Below are positions 26,062 to 38,496 of a stretch of DNA of 64,000 nucleotides, piece after piece. Each line of letters opens with the position of its first letter. Within the stretch, counting starts at the first letter, position 1. The DNA comes from Tricharina praecox. Taxonomy: Eukaryota. The stretch is taken from NCBI RefSeq assembly GCF_024521635.1, contig NW_026250433.1, positions 310,001 through 374,000 of the forward strand, in the 5' to 3' direction. The notes beneath the pieces were generated by a model. It was not told where the DNA came from, did no database searches, and saw only the letters and a list, made by a program, of their open reading frames with translations. The translations under genes were made by a program, and so were the position numbers.

Positions 26062-26555
26062 ATGCATTTGATGTACACTCTCGACCCGAATGGCAAGCGC
26101 ATCTACACGCTGAAGAAGTTGACGACTGTCGGTGCCATCACCAAGTCTGCTCATCCCGCCAGATTCTCCCCCGATGACAAGTACTCCAGGTCCGTACCCT
26201 CCATTGCGCTTCACGTTTCCACGTTTTCACTCTTCATCCCCTTCCCATTGATATAATGATGAGTATTTGGCTTCCTAATACGCAAAAAAAACCCCATGAG
26301 GATTAACTCCAAATTATAAATTTATCCAATTGTTCCTTCTGATACTATATCAATCTTTCCACATTTACCTTTTCTTCGCGCTGGCTCAATGGAGAGAATC
26401 GCTTTTGCTGACATGCACTCGACGATACAGGCATCGTGTGACCCTCAAGAAGAGATATGGACTCCTTCTCAGCCAACAAGGTATTTTCCGATGCCCCTCA
26501 TCTCGCCGTTTCCCGACTCGCGCTTACACAGGTTACAGAGGAGAGGAAATACTAG
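26062..26555 (+). CDS. NOP10: H/ACA snoRNP subunit Nop10, 3 exons (26062-26189, 26431-26480, 26539-26555)
   Basis: [19 protein letters not shown]...[38 protein letters not shown]. The last acceptor is ambiguous (26531 or 26538). Confidence 0.96.
26247..26354 (+). ncRNA. Intronic box C/D snoRNA, predicted guide for 18S rRNA 2'-O-methylation (yeast Am541 / snR41-U62-type target)
   Basis: Box C ATGATGA 26256-62; C' ATGAGGA 26296-302; box D CTGA 26339-42. Guide TCCAATTGTTCCT 26325-37 is complementary to conserved 18S AGGAACAAUUGGA. Flanking 9-bp stem ATTGATATA/TATATCAAT. Lies in the 241-nt NOP10 intron 1. Confidence 0.9.
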
Positions 26556-26892
26556 ACGGGATACTTCATAATGTGCCGGAGCACGCTGGGACCGACGGGC
26601 TTGCTTTGCTCTCTGCCGGACTACTGCGATGGTGCCGTACTGAGCTGCGTCGTTGATTAATTTTTGGCGTTTTACTCGGGGTTATGCTATGCTGCGTTCG
26701 GATTGCGAATTTTTTTCTTCTCTGCGTGACATGACATGGATTTACTTCTTTTTTCTTCTTCACGACGCCTGTGCCATGCTTGCGTTTGTATTATAACAAA
26801 AACTGAGCGCAGCCGGTTGGTCAGAGTTTTGCTGCTTCATTTGATGGCCGGGCTGAATAGATTCTCGAGGTGATTACTCGTGCCCGTGCTCG

Positions 26893-27026
26893 TGCTCGAT
26901 GCTGCCAAACTTCGTGTTGTTTTTGCTCAGCATACAACTCGTTCACAGGCCGTCCTCCGCCATGCTCGGATGGCTGCCAAAATTCGTGATGATTGTTTCT
27001 GCTCAGGATCAAACTCGTTCACAGGC
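26893..27026. repeat. Diverged direct duplication of ~60 bp
   Basis: 26893-26950 and 26963-27026 share TGCTCG..GCTGCCAAA.TTCGTG..TGCTCAG..AACTCGTTCACAGGC. Confidence 0.8.
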
Positions 27027-27684
27027 GGTTCTTCGTTGAAGTCGAGTGACTAGCTGAGCCGTAAAATATCCATGCTTCAGTTGGTCCGATATCCCGCAGA
27101 GACTGCTGAACACAGTTCTGGTTCATCGAACTGGATCACAGAATAAAACTCGAAAATCATTTTCATGACGATATGTCGAGGACCTCTGACACCGGCTAGG
27201 TAACAGAAAGCACCCAGACAGTTCTTATGGTCCCCGTCCCGTAAAGGATCTCCTCTTTGCGTCGCGAAATCGCTGAATCGACAACTACAACCAAGACTGG
27301 GAAGAATTCCCGTTGTCGAGGGGTGACATGTCGGTCGGCACTGTCTAAAAGGACGCATGAGGAGAAAGGGAAAAGAAGAAACAGAAGGGAAAAAAGTGAG
27401 TGCCCTTTTGTAGTCGTTTCGTTGGCGCTAGCTGCAGTATTTTACCCGACGCCCCAAAAGGTGGCGTGACTAAGCTGAGGCTGGAAGAGCGTTAGTGGGG
27501 ATACGTGTGGTGTGTGGAGCTCCTGCCGTGGTGGTTGAAAGTTACGGCGTATGATAGTCAGGGAGGGCGGCGTCACCCAACGGTCAACATCAACATCACC
27601 ATCTACTCTACTCGACGATATAGTACACTCCAGTCCCTCCACAGCAAGCAAGCAGCTTCGATCGACTACGCAGAGTAACTCGAC

Positions 27685-29322
27685 ATGGCTTCTGCAATCT
27701 TCTTCCTGGACCTCAAGGGCAAGGTAAAGCAGTGACCTAGTTACAGCCGGCGATGGGACAGCTCGAGAGAGGCTGACCTCAACCTCAATATAGACCCTCC
27801 TGGCGCGGAATTACAGGGGAGACATTCCCATGTCCGCGGTTGAAAAGTTTCCGATTCTCCTTCTCGAGGCGGAGGAGGAGAGCTCTGCTGTGCCACCGTG
27901 TTTCTCGCACGAGGGCATCAACGTGCGTACTTGTCCTCCTTCACACGTTCCCCCGTCCGTCCCCCGTCCGTCTACCCCGCGCTCACACGACAAGTGCAGT
28001 ACCTCTACATCAAGCACAACAATCTCTACGTCCTCGCGATCACGAAGCGCAACTCCAATGCCGCGGAGATACTGCTGTTCCTGCACAAGATCGTCGAGGT
28101 CTTTACCGAGTACTTCAAGGAACTGGAGGAGGAGAGTATTAGGGACAACTTTGTCATCATCTATGAGTTGCTGGACGAGATGATGGATTTCGGATACCCA
28201 CAGACCACCGAGACGAAGATCCTACAGGAGTAAGTAGTGGTGGTGGTGGTGGTGGTGACTCGCGGGATTGGGGAGTGTGGGGCTGATATTTCCGGTACTT
28301 GAAGGTACATCACGCAGGAATCCCACAAGCTAGAGATCCAAGCGCGGCCACCAATAGCTGTTACCAATGCCGTCAGCTGGCGGTCCGAGGGAATCCGCTA
28401 CCGCAAGAACGAAGTCTTCTTGGACGTGATCGAATCCCTGAACCTTCTCGTCAACAGCAACGGCAACGTGCTGCGCTCCGAGATTCTCGGCGCGGTCAAG
28501 ATGAAGTGCTACCTTTCGGGCATGCCGGAGCTGCGGCTCGGACTCAACGACAAAGTCATGTTTGAGAATACCGGACGGACAAGCAGAGGAAAGGCTATCG
28601 AGATGGAGGATGTCAAGTTCCATCAGTGCGTGCGGCTGTCGAGGTTCGAAAATGATCGCACCATAAGCTTCATCCCGCCGGATGGAGAGTTTGAGCTCAT
28701 GAGCTACCGCTTGAATACCCAGGTCAAGCCGCTGATCTGGGTCGAGTGCATGATCGAGAGCCACTCTGGTTCCAGGATCGAGTACATGCTTAAAGTCGGT
28801 GGTTCCCGGATCAGCGCTGATATTCTCCGTCGCTAATATACGTGGACAGGCCAAAGCACAGTTCAAGCGACGGTCGACCGCGAATAACGTTGAGATCATC
28901 GTGCCCGTCCCCGAGGACGCAGACACCCCCCGGTTTAGGACTAATATCGGCTCAGTCGCGTACCACCCGGAGCAGGCGGCCATCATCTGGAAGATCAAGC
29001 AGTTTGGAGGTGGTAAGGAGTTCTTGATGCGCGCCGAGCTGGGACTACCAAGTGTCAAGGAGGCCGAGCCGGAGCGGAAAAAGCGACCAATAAGTGTAAA
29101 GTTTGAGATTCCGTACTTCACAACATCGGGAATTCAAGTCAGATATCTCAAGATTATCGAGCCCAAGCTGCAGTACCCCAGTTTGCCCTGGGTCAGATAC
29201 ATCTCTTGCGCTGCTGGTAAGCTTACTTCCTGTTTGCTTCCTGCTTGCTTGTTCGTGATAGAACTGACCACTGGCCCCCCCCAGACTACCACGTTCGATT
29301 GCCGGAACCCACACAGACATGA
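27685..29322 (+). CDS. APM1: AP-1 adaptor complex mu subunit, multi-exon
   Basis: MASAIFFLDLKGK|TLLARNYRGDIPM, ELEEESIRDNFVIIYELLDEMMDFGYPQTTE, VSWRSEGIRYRKNEVFLDV, YLSGMPELRLGLND, VKFHQCV, IPYFTTSGIQVRYLKIIE. Confidence 0.97.
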
Positions 29323-29527
29323 TTTTAAGAGCTCGCGGCGTGATGTAATCTTCGTATAATGATATTTTTTTTTCTGGTGTGTTGTGTATTGTACATAGAA
29401 CGTGCGAGGGCCGGGTCAGGATCATGACCCTGGGCAAGTTCAGTTCAGTTCGTTTGCCTCGTCGTCATGCCTTCATCAGCATCACGAACAATACGCCTCG
29501 GATCTGTAGGCCATCTAGGTAGGCCAT

Positions 29528-30048
29528 CTACACGCCCATCTTCCCAAAAACGCGATCCAACTCCTCCCCCACCTCTGCGTCCTTCGCCTTATCCTCGCCA
29601 CTCACTTGATCCATCAGACTCTCCTGGTTCTTCCGCGTAGGCTCTAGTATCTGAATGCCCGTATCCAAGTATCCCGGGGCGACCCGGCGCTTCTCCATCA
29701 GCTCCCGCTCCGCAATCCCGCCCTCCCAGTCTGCCACCGCCGACTCCGCCGCCGCCCGCTGCGCCTGCAGGTGCGACAGCAGCACGTGGCAGCTGTGGAC
29801 CACCTCCGCCGGCGTTTGGCTTACGTTCCCCGACGGCGACGTGATGGAAACGCTCGACGATGGCGGCAGGCGCAGCGGAAGTGGGCTCTGGTAGCTGTAT
29901 GGTAACGTCACCGCCACGGGCAGCTGCAGCGCCGGAGAGACAGTGAGCGGGATTTGTTGTAGGTGGTGGTTTGCTAGATTCGGTGTTAGATGAGTGATGG
30001 AGGGTGGGAGGAGGGGAGGAGGGGAGGCTCACCGCCGCGGTCGTGCAT
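29528..30048 (-). CDS. Conserved fungal hypothetical protein, 2 exons (30048-30033, 29973-29528)
   Basis: ATG CAC GAC CGC GGC G|GTGAGC...CTAAC...TAG splices in frame to ANHHLQQIPLTVSP...TLPYSY...ERELMEKRRVAPGYLD...ELDRVFGKMGV. Confidence 0.75.
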
Positions 30049-31377
30049 GTTGTGAGCTTTGTTGGTGGTGAGTGGGGGGCGTGATTCGTGATGGGGAGGT
30101 AGGGATCAGGATAAGCTTCTTTGTGGCCGGCCGGCGGGGGGAGCAAGGCAGCTCGAGTGTCGACACGAGTTCTGCCGCGACGACGAAGGTGAATGGGTAC
30201 AGACAGCCCTATGTGGGAGTATAAATGAGTACAGGTAGAGTACATAGTCCCATGTCGTGTGAATGAAGTTTGCGTTCACAAAGCCTTGCATGAGCTTGCA
30301 GCGCAAATCGTGAACTCTTTGATCGAACCTGAGAGCACAATCCAGAGATAGGTACCTAGAACATTGTCGAGTTTCGGCTTTTCATCTTACCTCACAGCAT
30401 CTTCAGCTGCAGTCACTTCACCCTCCAACGTAAGATTCCCTTCATGATTTACGGTGTGAGAGGGGACTGATTGCTTCGCAGCTACTTTCTTCCTTTGTTC
30501 GAAGGCTCCATTCTGGCTCGTGAAGGGGAACTTGGAAGGGCACACTTTCTGCGACGAAGGGCTAGGTCTTGAGCCGGTGAAGAGGATCGCTGGATGGATA
30601 CGGAAGGGCGGACAAAGGGCCCAAGAACCTCTGAACCTTGCGGATTGAGAACTGGAGATCACAGTCGGCAGAGGAAGGAGATCGCAGTCGACATAGGAAG
30701 GAGCTCAGGCCGACAAATCGCCACATCCTGTTTGCCTACGGTACTGCAACGCGGCGAACAGTCTGGCCGGATGGCGGATCTCCCTCCGTCCATCGACAGG
30801 TTTCCCCTTCGCATTGAGTTCCCATTTCCTGTCGTCTCGATTCGTGTGTACTCTCCATGGAAATCGTCAGGGCCTGCTCCCACCAGCCACCGCCGTATCT
30901 TTAGCGAACAATGCGAACAATGCGAACATGTGGCTGTCATGATTGCATCTGCCTAGCGAGCAAGGGTGGGGCGGGGCATGCTCTGTCCCTCTCTCTGTCC
31001 CTCTGCAGACTGCCAGCGCCCACTCAGCAACTGCTGAACATCTTTCTCTAGAGTGCTTTCAGCATCGTCCGCCGCCATACAGAGCTGCTAAAAGACAATA
31101 GTCTGCTCCCAGTCCGATAGCTTCCCTTCAAACCCACCCCCCGTTCCCAAAGAACTGTCGTCCGTATTCTTCTCCTTCGCCGACCGCCGTGAAAGTGCGA
31201 GAAGAAAGAAAGAAGAAAGAAAGAAAGCTGTCGTTCGTCGTCTGAGATTTCTGCTTCTTCACACTCCAACGGGACTCTCGGCTTCCCCGCGTCCAGCAGC
31301 TTCACCTCAATCATCACAAGGCAGTCGGCGTCGTCGTCCTCGCATATCTCCCCTATCGCATAGGTACTTAGGAGGTA

Positions 31378-31432
31378 TCCAACCATCCACCCAGCCAACC
31401 ATCCAACCATCCATCCAACCATCCATCCAACC
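31378..31432. repeat. CCAT/CCAA tetranucleotide-type microsatellite upstream of calcineurin A
   Basis: tccaaccatccacccagccaaccatccaaccatccatccaaccatccatccaacc. Confidence 0.8.
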
Positions 31433-31801
31433 CAGCTCCAAGCGGGAAAGCCCTCCCGCTATCCTGCCTCGCTCCCTCTCCTACGAATCCCGTGAAGTCG
31501 AGCGCCCCTGAAAAATAATCCAAACCAGACCCAAGGACATCAACTACCCACTTGATTCCTTCTTCACTTCAACTCTTCTGCGTTGATCCTCCTGCCCCAC
31601 ATCCCCGGTTCTCGTCGTCGATACAACACCAAAACCCCACACTTCTCACCCCTCGTCGTCTCGTCTCCCCACACCCCCCTCCCCCCCACACCCCCCAGCC
31701 GTCCGTGTTTTCCAGCGCGGACAAAGAAACACCTCGGAATCCACGAATCCCATCTATCTACCACCACCCAACCAAAGCACACCAACTACCATCATCATAC
31801 C

Positions 31802-34056
<2,255 letters not shown>

Positions 34057-34548
34057 CAGAGGAGGTTAAGTCCTCTGGAACTACTACACGACATTTAGAA
34101 GGCTTACCATCTGGAGGAATGTTATCGTATCGGCGTGTACTGCTGTTTGCCATAGTTTCCGAAAGTTTAGGGCAGGTGGGGGGCTGGCTTACTTTGGTTG
34201 TTTTTGTCTGTGTTGTGTTTCTCTCTTGTCTGTCAGGTTTTTCCATTCACAAACGGGTGTCTCCTTCTTCTTTTTATTCTTCTTCTTTCTCTTCTTCGTT
34301 GTTGGTAAATTGGGCGAGCTATTGGGTGGGTATATCCGCAGATGTTTTGACTACCCGTCTGCAAATTCAAATACTCTGAGATACTGTGAACAAGGTTATG
34401 TAATCTCGATATTCTGTATTTTGTGTTACCATTGCAGCTTGTGTGTGGACGAGTGAGGACTGGTGTAATCATTCATTGTTCGGCACTCGCATTCACTCTC
34501 CCACTACACTCGACATCACTCGTCTAACCATTTCCACTGCACATCACC

Positions 34549-35691
34549 ATGTCGACCACTCCACCAGCGTCCCCTTCAGCGCTCGCACCCGCGACCACAG
34601 CCCGCGCCGCGCTCATTTCTCGCATCCACGCGCTCCTCACCTCGATGCACACTGACCTATCACTCAACCGTCCCCTCACCCTAACAATCCTATCCCGCAC
34701 GACCACCCCGCCCACCCCCACAACCCTGACCTTCCCAGGCCGCACGCCCACGCACTCGCACAGGTTCACGGTATACGCCCTCCTCTTACGCACACTGCAC
34801 ACGCACCTCACCTCCACCCCCTCCACCTCGCCCCCCACCACAACCACAAAACGCGACATCTTCTACCGCCACCCCGCCGTCTTCCGCAGTCAAGCGGTGG
34901 TCGACAGGGCACTCGACGATCTTGCCGCTACCTTGGGCGTGCGGCGGCAGGAGCTCGGCGTCGTTGCCGGTGCTAAAGGGCTGGTCTGCGGCGGCGGCCT
35001 GGTCCTGCATACCGCTGGTGGTGGCGGACACAGCGTGCTGTGCGAGGCGCCGACACTGATCCCCTCTGCCGCCGCTGTGGCCCCGCCACAGCAGAAGGGC
35101 GGAAGAGGGGGTGGGTGGGTTCTCTACATAGAGAAAGAATCAATCTTCCACCGGCTCTCCTTCACGCCTTTGCGCACGGCAGGCGTACTAGTAACGGGCA
35201 AAGGGTACGCCGACATCGCGACGCGCGAGCTGCTGTCGCTGCTGGCCACGCAGGGGCGCAGGGTCTACGCGCTTGTAGATCTCGATCCCTACGGGATCGA
35301 AATTATGCTGACTGTTGCGGAGGGCAGTAGGGCGCTTGCGCATGAGGGGCCTGCGCTGACGGTGGGGGTGGGGGTGGGGGGAGGGGGGTGGGGGTGGTTG
35401 GGCGTGAGGTGGGGGGATGTGAAAGGCGAGGAGGGCTGGGTGAGCATGGGACTGAGGGATCGCGGGAAGGCACAGCAGTTGTTGGGCAGGGCGAGGGGGG
35501 ATGTTAGGACAGCGCTGCAGAGGATGCTGTTCGTTGGGGTGAAGGCGGAGATTGAGATTCTTGGGGAGGGACTGGGGAAGTGGGTGGCGGGGAGGATTGA
35601 GGAGGAGGAGGAGGGGAGGGGTGGGGAGGAGACGGCGGAGGAGGGGGAGGTGGTGGTGGAGGAGGGGGTGGTGGATATGCGGAGTGAGTGA
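34549..35691 (+). CDS. SPO11: Meiotic DSB transesterase Spo11 (topoisomerase VI-A family), apparently intronless
   Basis: TKRDIFYR (catalytic Tyr), F.SQAVVDRALDDLA, VVAGAKGLV, Toprim IEKESIF, LVTGKGYADIATR, DLDPYGIEI, KAEIE. Confidence 0.93.
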   Translation: MSTTPPASPSALAPATTARAALISRIHALLTSMHTDLSLNRPLTLTILSRTTTPPTPTTLTFPGRTPTHSHRFTVYALLLRTLHTHLTSTPSTSPPTTTTKRDIFYRHPAVFRSQAVVDRALDDLAATLGVRRQELGVVAGAKGLVCGGGLVLHTAGGGGHSVLCEAPTLIPSAAAVAPPQQKGGRGGGWVLYIEKESIFHRLSFTPLRTAGVLVTGKGYADIATRELLSLLATQGRRVYALVDLDPYGIEIMLTVAEGSRALAHEGPALTVGVGVGGGGWGWLGVRWGDVKGEEGWVSMGLRDRGKAQQLLGRARGDVRTALQRMLFVGVKAEIEILGEGLGKWVAGRIEEEEEGRGGEETAEEGEVVVEEGVVDMRSE

Positions 35692-36500
35692 GGATGGGTG
35701 ATTTGACGATCATGGGAAGAGCTACAAGTGTCACAAAGGTTCTGTCTATTTTACAAGCCGCTACAATCCATTTCGTAAATCATGGTCTAACTGAGGATCA
35801 AAGAGGAACAGGAGGCAGAGGCGGTGAGAGTCATGGAGGAGGAGACTTCTGAGGAGGGTAATTGTTTTTTGTTTCATCATCGTAGCATTCGACCTTAGTA
35901 TATACACATCTAGTTCCACCCCACTGTCTCCGACCGCTGGCCAAGAGCTCGATGTGGGTTCCCTATTGCTCTCCGCCCGGCCTATCCGCGCATAAAAAGG
36001 GAAAGAAAGAAAGAAAGAAGAACAAATGAGATGACTAAATGGAAAGGAAAAGCGTCAGTCTTTCTCAAAACCCCACATTCAAGCTCCCTTCCCCAATAAA
36101 TCTAAGGAGGGAGAGACGGTGGAGGAAATGGGAATGGACATGCTGTACTGGGTGAGGAGGTGTGATTTGACGATCACCGGAAAAGCTACAAGTATCACAA
36201 AGGTCCTATCTATTTTACAAGCCGCTACAATCCATTTCGCAAATCGTGGTCTAACCATCATACACTCATCTAATTCCAAGGATGAGGGGGGAGGGAAGGG
36301 TCATGGAGGAGGAGACTTCCGAGGAGGGAGATATGTTGGAGGAGGAAATGGTGATGGATATGCTGGAGTGAGTGAGGACGTGTGACTTGACGATCACGGG
36401 AGCATAGCCACAAGCATCACAAAGGTCCTGTCTATTTTACAAACCGCTGCAATCCATTTCGTAAATCGTGGTCTAACTATCATACACTCATCTAATTCCA
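35620..36500 (+). repeat. Three diverged direct copies of the SPO11 3' end plus 3' flank (unit ~220 bp)
   Basis: Core GTGAGGA.GTGA.TTGACGATCA...AGC.ACAAG..TCACAAAGGT.CT.TCTATTTTACAA.CCGCT.CAATCCATTTCG.AAATC.TGGTCTAAC at ~35688-35791, ~36152-36255 and ~36372-36477. Confidence 0.92.
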
Positions 36501-36591
36501 CGCTGCATTCCTATAAAATAAATCGCAAAGGGTAACAGCAAGACAGCAAAACAGCAAAACAGCAAGCAAAAAAATAATCCCCATATGCGCC

Positions 36592-38496
36592 TTACTTTTC
36601 GGCTTCCACTGGTGTCTCCTTCTCCACCACTGGTTTCTTCTTCTCCACCACTGGTTTCTCCTCCTCCACCTCCTTCTTCACTAGGTCACCGGCCAATACG
36701 TTGGCCTTTGGCTCTTCGCCGTTCTCTTGAGGCTTCTCCTTCTTTCTAACCAGTCCGGCAGCGAGTACATTCACCACCGGCGCCGCCTCCTTCTTCCTCG
36801 GCACCAGAGTGTTGACCACGGCAGCCTCCTTCTTCCGCGGCTGTAAAGTGTTGACGACGGGAGCAGTTTTATTCTCCCTCTTCCTCGGAAGCAGCGTATT
36901 TACGGCCGGCGCCGCGGTCTCCCTCTTCCTAACAGCCAGCACATTGACCCCGGCCCTGACCGACTCCATCGGTCGTTCCCTCTGCACCCTCTGGAGGCTA
37001 CCCGTGACGACCTCGCCCCAATCCCATCCGTCGCGAATGATGACATTACTACTCTTCACGACGGCATACGAGCTCTGGACCCACTTCCTAGTCCCAGCTT
37101 TGGCGTGCTCGAGCGTCTTAAAGTCGGTATGGTTCAGCAGCGCATCGATCGTGCGCTGGTACCGCTTCTCGTCCAGCACCACCGCCGAGCTGACGAGTGG
37201 CTGCTTGCGCTGCAAGATCTCCGTATCGAGCGTGCGCAGCTTCTTCTTGCGCGGCGACATAAGGAGCGTGCTGTGGCTGCGCTTCTTGGGCGATTTGGGG
37301 GAGGTCGAGGTCGAGGATGAGAGCGGGGGGATTATTAGTGGTGGCGGTGAGAGCGGTCCGGATGGCGGCGGGGATGCGGTGGGCTGTGGTGGGGAGTTCG
37401 AACTGTCGGAGTCGATTTGCTGGACAGATGGAGGTGAAGGTGTGACTGGGGATGAACTCGAAACCGGTGATGTCTCTCTCCCCAACTCAAGCGGACTCAG
37501 CGGAATCTCTGGCTCCGTCGGTGAACTTGTCTTCCGCACACTCCCATCGCCCTCTATAACAACCCATATAAACCCCACACACCGTCCGCCCGCACACTCT
37601 GAGCGCATGCTCATGAGGTCCCAGAAGTGCTCGACCGTCGTGATCCCAGCCCACTGCTTCGGGCGCTGCGTGCACTTGGCATTCTTCTTCCCAGTTCCGT
37701 CGCCATTAAGCTCGTCCAGAAACCGAGCCTTGGGATCGTCCGGAAAATGCGGGATGATCTCGCGGACGAGCAGGTCGCGCTCGGGATCGATCTTGAGGGG
37801 GTGGCCGACGATCCACTCCGCCGTATCACCGTCGACGTGTGCTGGGAACAGCTTCTTTGTCTGTAGTCGGTCAAAACCCGGGACAAGCAGGTACGCCTTC
37901 GCACCACCGGTCATGGCGGCGGCGGCGGCGGCCGAGTGTTGCCGAAACACGGGATCGAGCACACGACACCACCACGCGATCAGCCCCCTATCCTCAAGGA
38001 CATGTTTATTCTTATTCTCGAACGAGTTTGGGAACAGGTATGCGGACTGGCTTCTAGCGAAGAGAGAAACGGTGATTTTAGCCTCCGGGTTTGCCGCCTT
38101 TGCGCCGTCGAGGACGATGCGCACTGCCGTTTCGGCGACGCTGCGGACGAGCGATATGCGCGCTTCGGAGGAGCTGGAGGTGCTGTACGACGCTGCGGAC
38201 GGCGGGAGGTAGCCACTGCTGTCGGCTTTGGATACGAAGATTATCCGCTCGCCGGTTTGCACGAGGGTGTAGACTAGCAGCTCGATCGCGAAGGCGAGCA
38301 CGTCGTCGTGCGAGATTGCGATGAAGTGCGATTCGAGCGTTGTGGGCGATGGCTTCTTGTTGGGTGCGGGCGTAAACAGAGGTTTGGTTTTGCAGGGGGA
38401 AGTCGCTATGTGGTAGAGTGAGATCGCAAGGTCGGACGGAAGAAGGGCGGTGAGCGTTGTAGCGATCGCGGAACGGGAATGGGTGGGAGGCGCCAT
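36592..38496 (-). CDS. RTT109: Histone H3K56 acetyltransferase Rtt109
   Basis: FAIELLVY, FVSKADSSGY, SLFARSQSAYLFPNS..NKNKHVLEDRGLIAWW, IPHFPDDPKARFLDEL, FWDLMSMRSEC..G..VGF. Confidence 0.95.
   Translation of the reverse strand: MAPPTHSRSAIATTLTALLPSDLAISLYHIATSPCKTKPLFTPAPNKKPSPTTLESHFIAISHDDVLAFAIELLVYTLVQTGERIIFVSKADSSGYLPPSAASYSTSSSSEARISLVRSVAETAVRIVLDGAKAANPEAKITVSLFARSQSAYLFPNSFENKNKHVLEDRGLIAWWCRVLDPVFRQHSAAAAAAMTGGAKAYLLVPGFDRLQTKKLFPAHVDGDTAEWIVGHPLKIDPERDLLVREIIPHFPDDPKARFLDELNGDGTGKKNAKCTQRPKQWAGITTVEHFWDLMSMRSECAGGRCVGFIWVVIEGDGSVRKTSSPTEPEIPLSPLELGRETSPVSSSSPVTPSPPSVQQIDSDSSNSPPQPTASPPPSGPLSPPPLIIPPLSSSTSTSPKSPKKRSHSTLLMSPRKKKLRTLDTEILQRKQPLVSSAVVLDEKRYQRTIDALLNHTDFKTLEHAKAGTRKWVQSSYAVVKSSNVIIRDGWDWGEVVTGSLQRVQRERPMESVRAGVNVLAVRKRETAAPAVNTLLPRKRENKTAPVVNTLQPRKKEAAVVNTLVPRKKEAAPVVNVLAAGLVRKKEKPQENGEEPKANVLAGDLVKKEVEEEKPVVEKKKPVVEKETPVEAEK

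Noticed and set aside
35688..36477. The three repeats downstream of SPO11 as a CRISPR-like array or RNA gene family
   Set aside because: Eukaryotic context, long diverged units that include SPO11 coding-tail sequence, and no tRNA, 5S or snRNA hallmarks.
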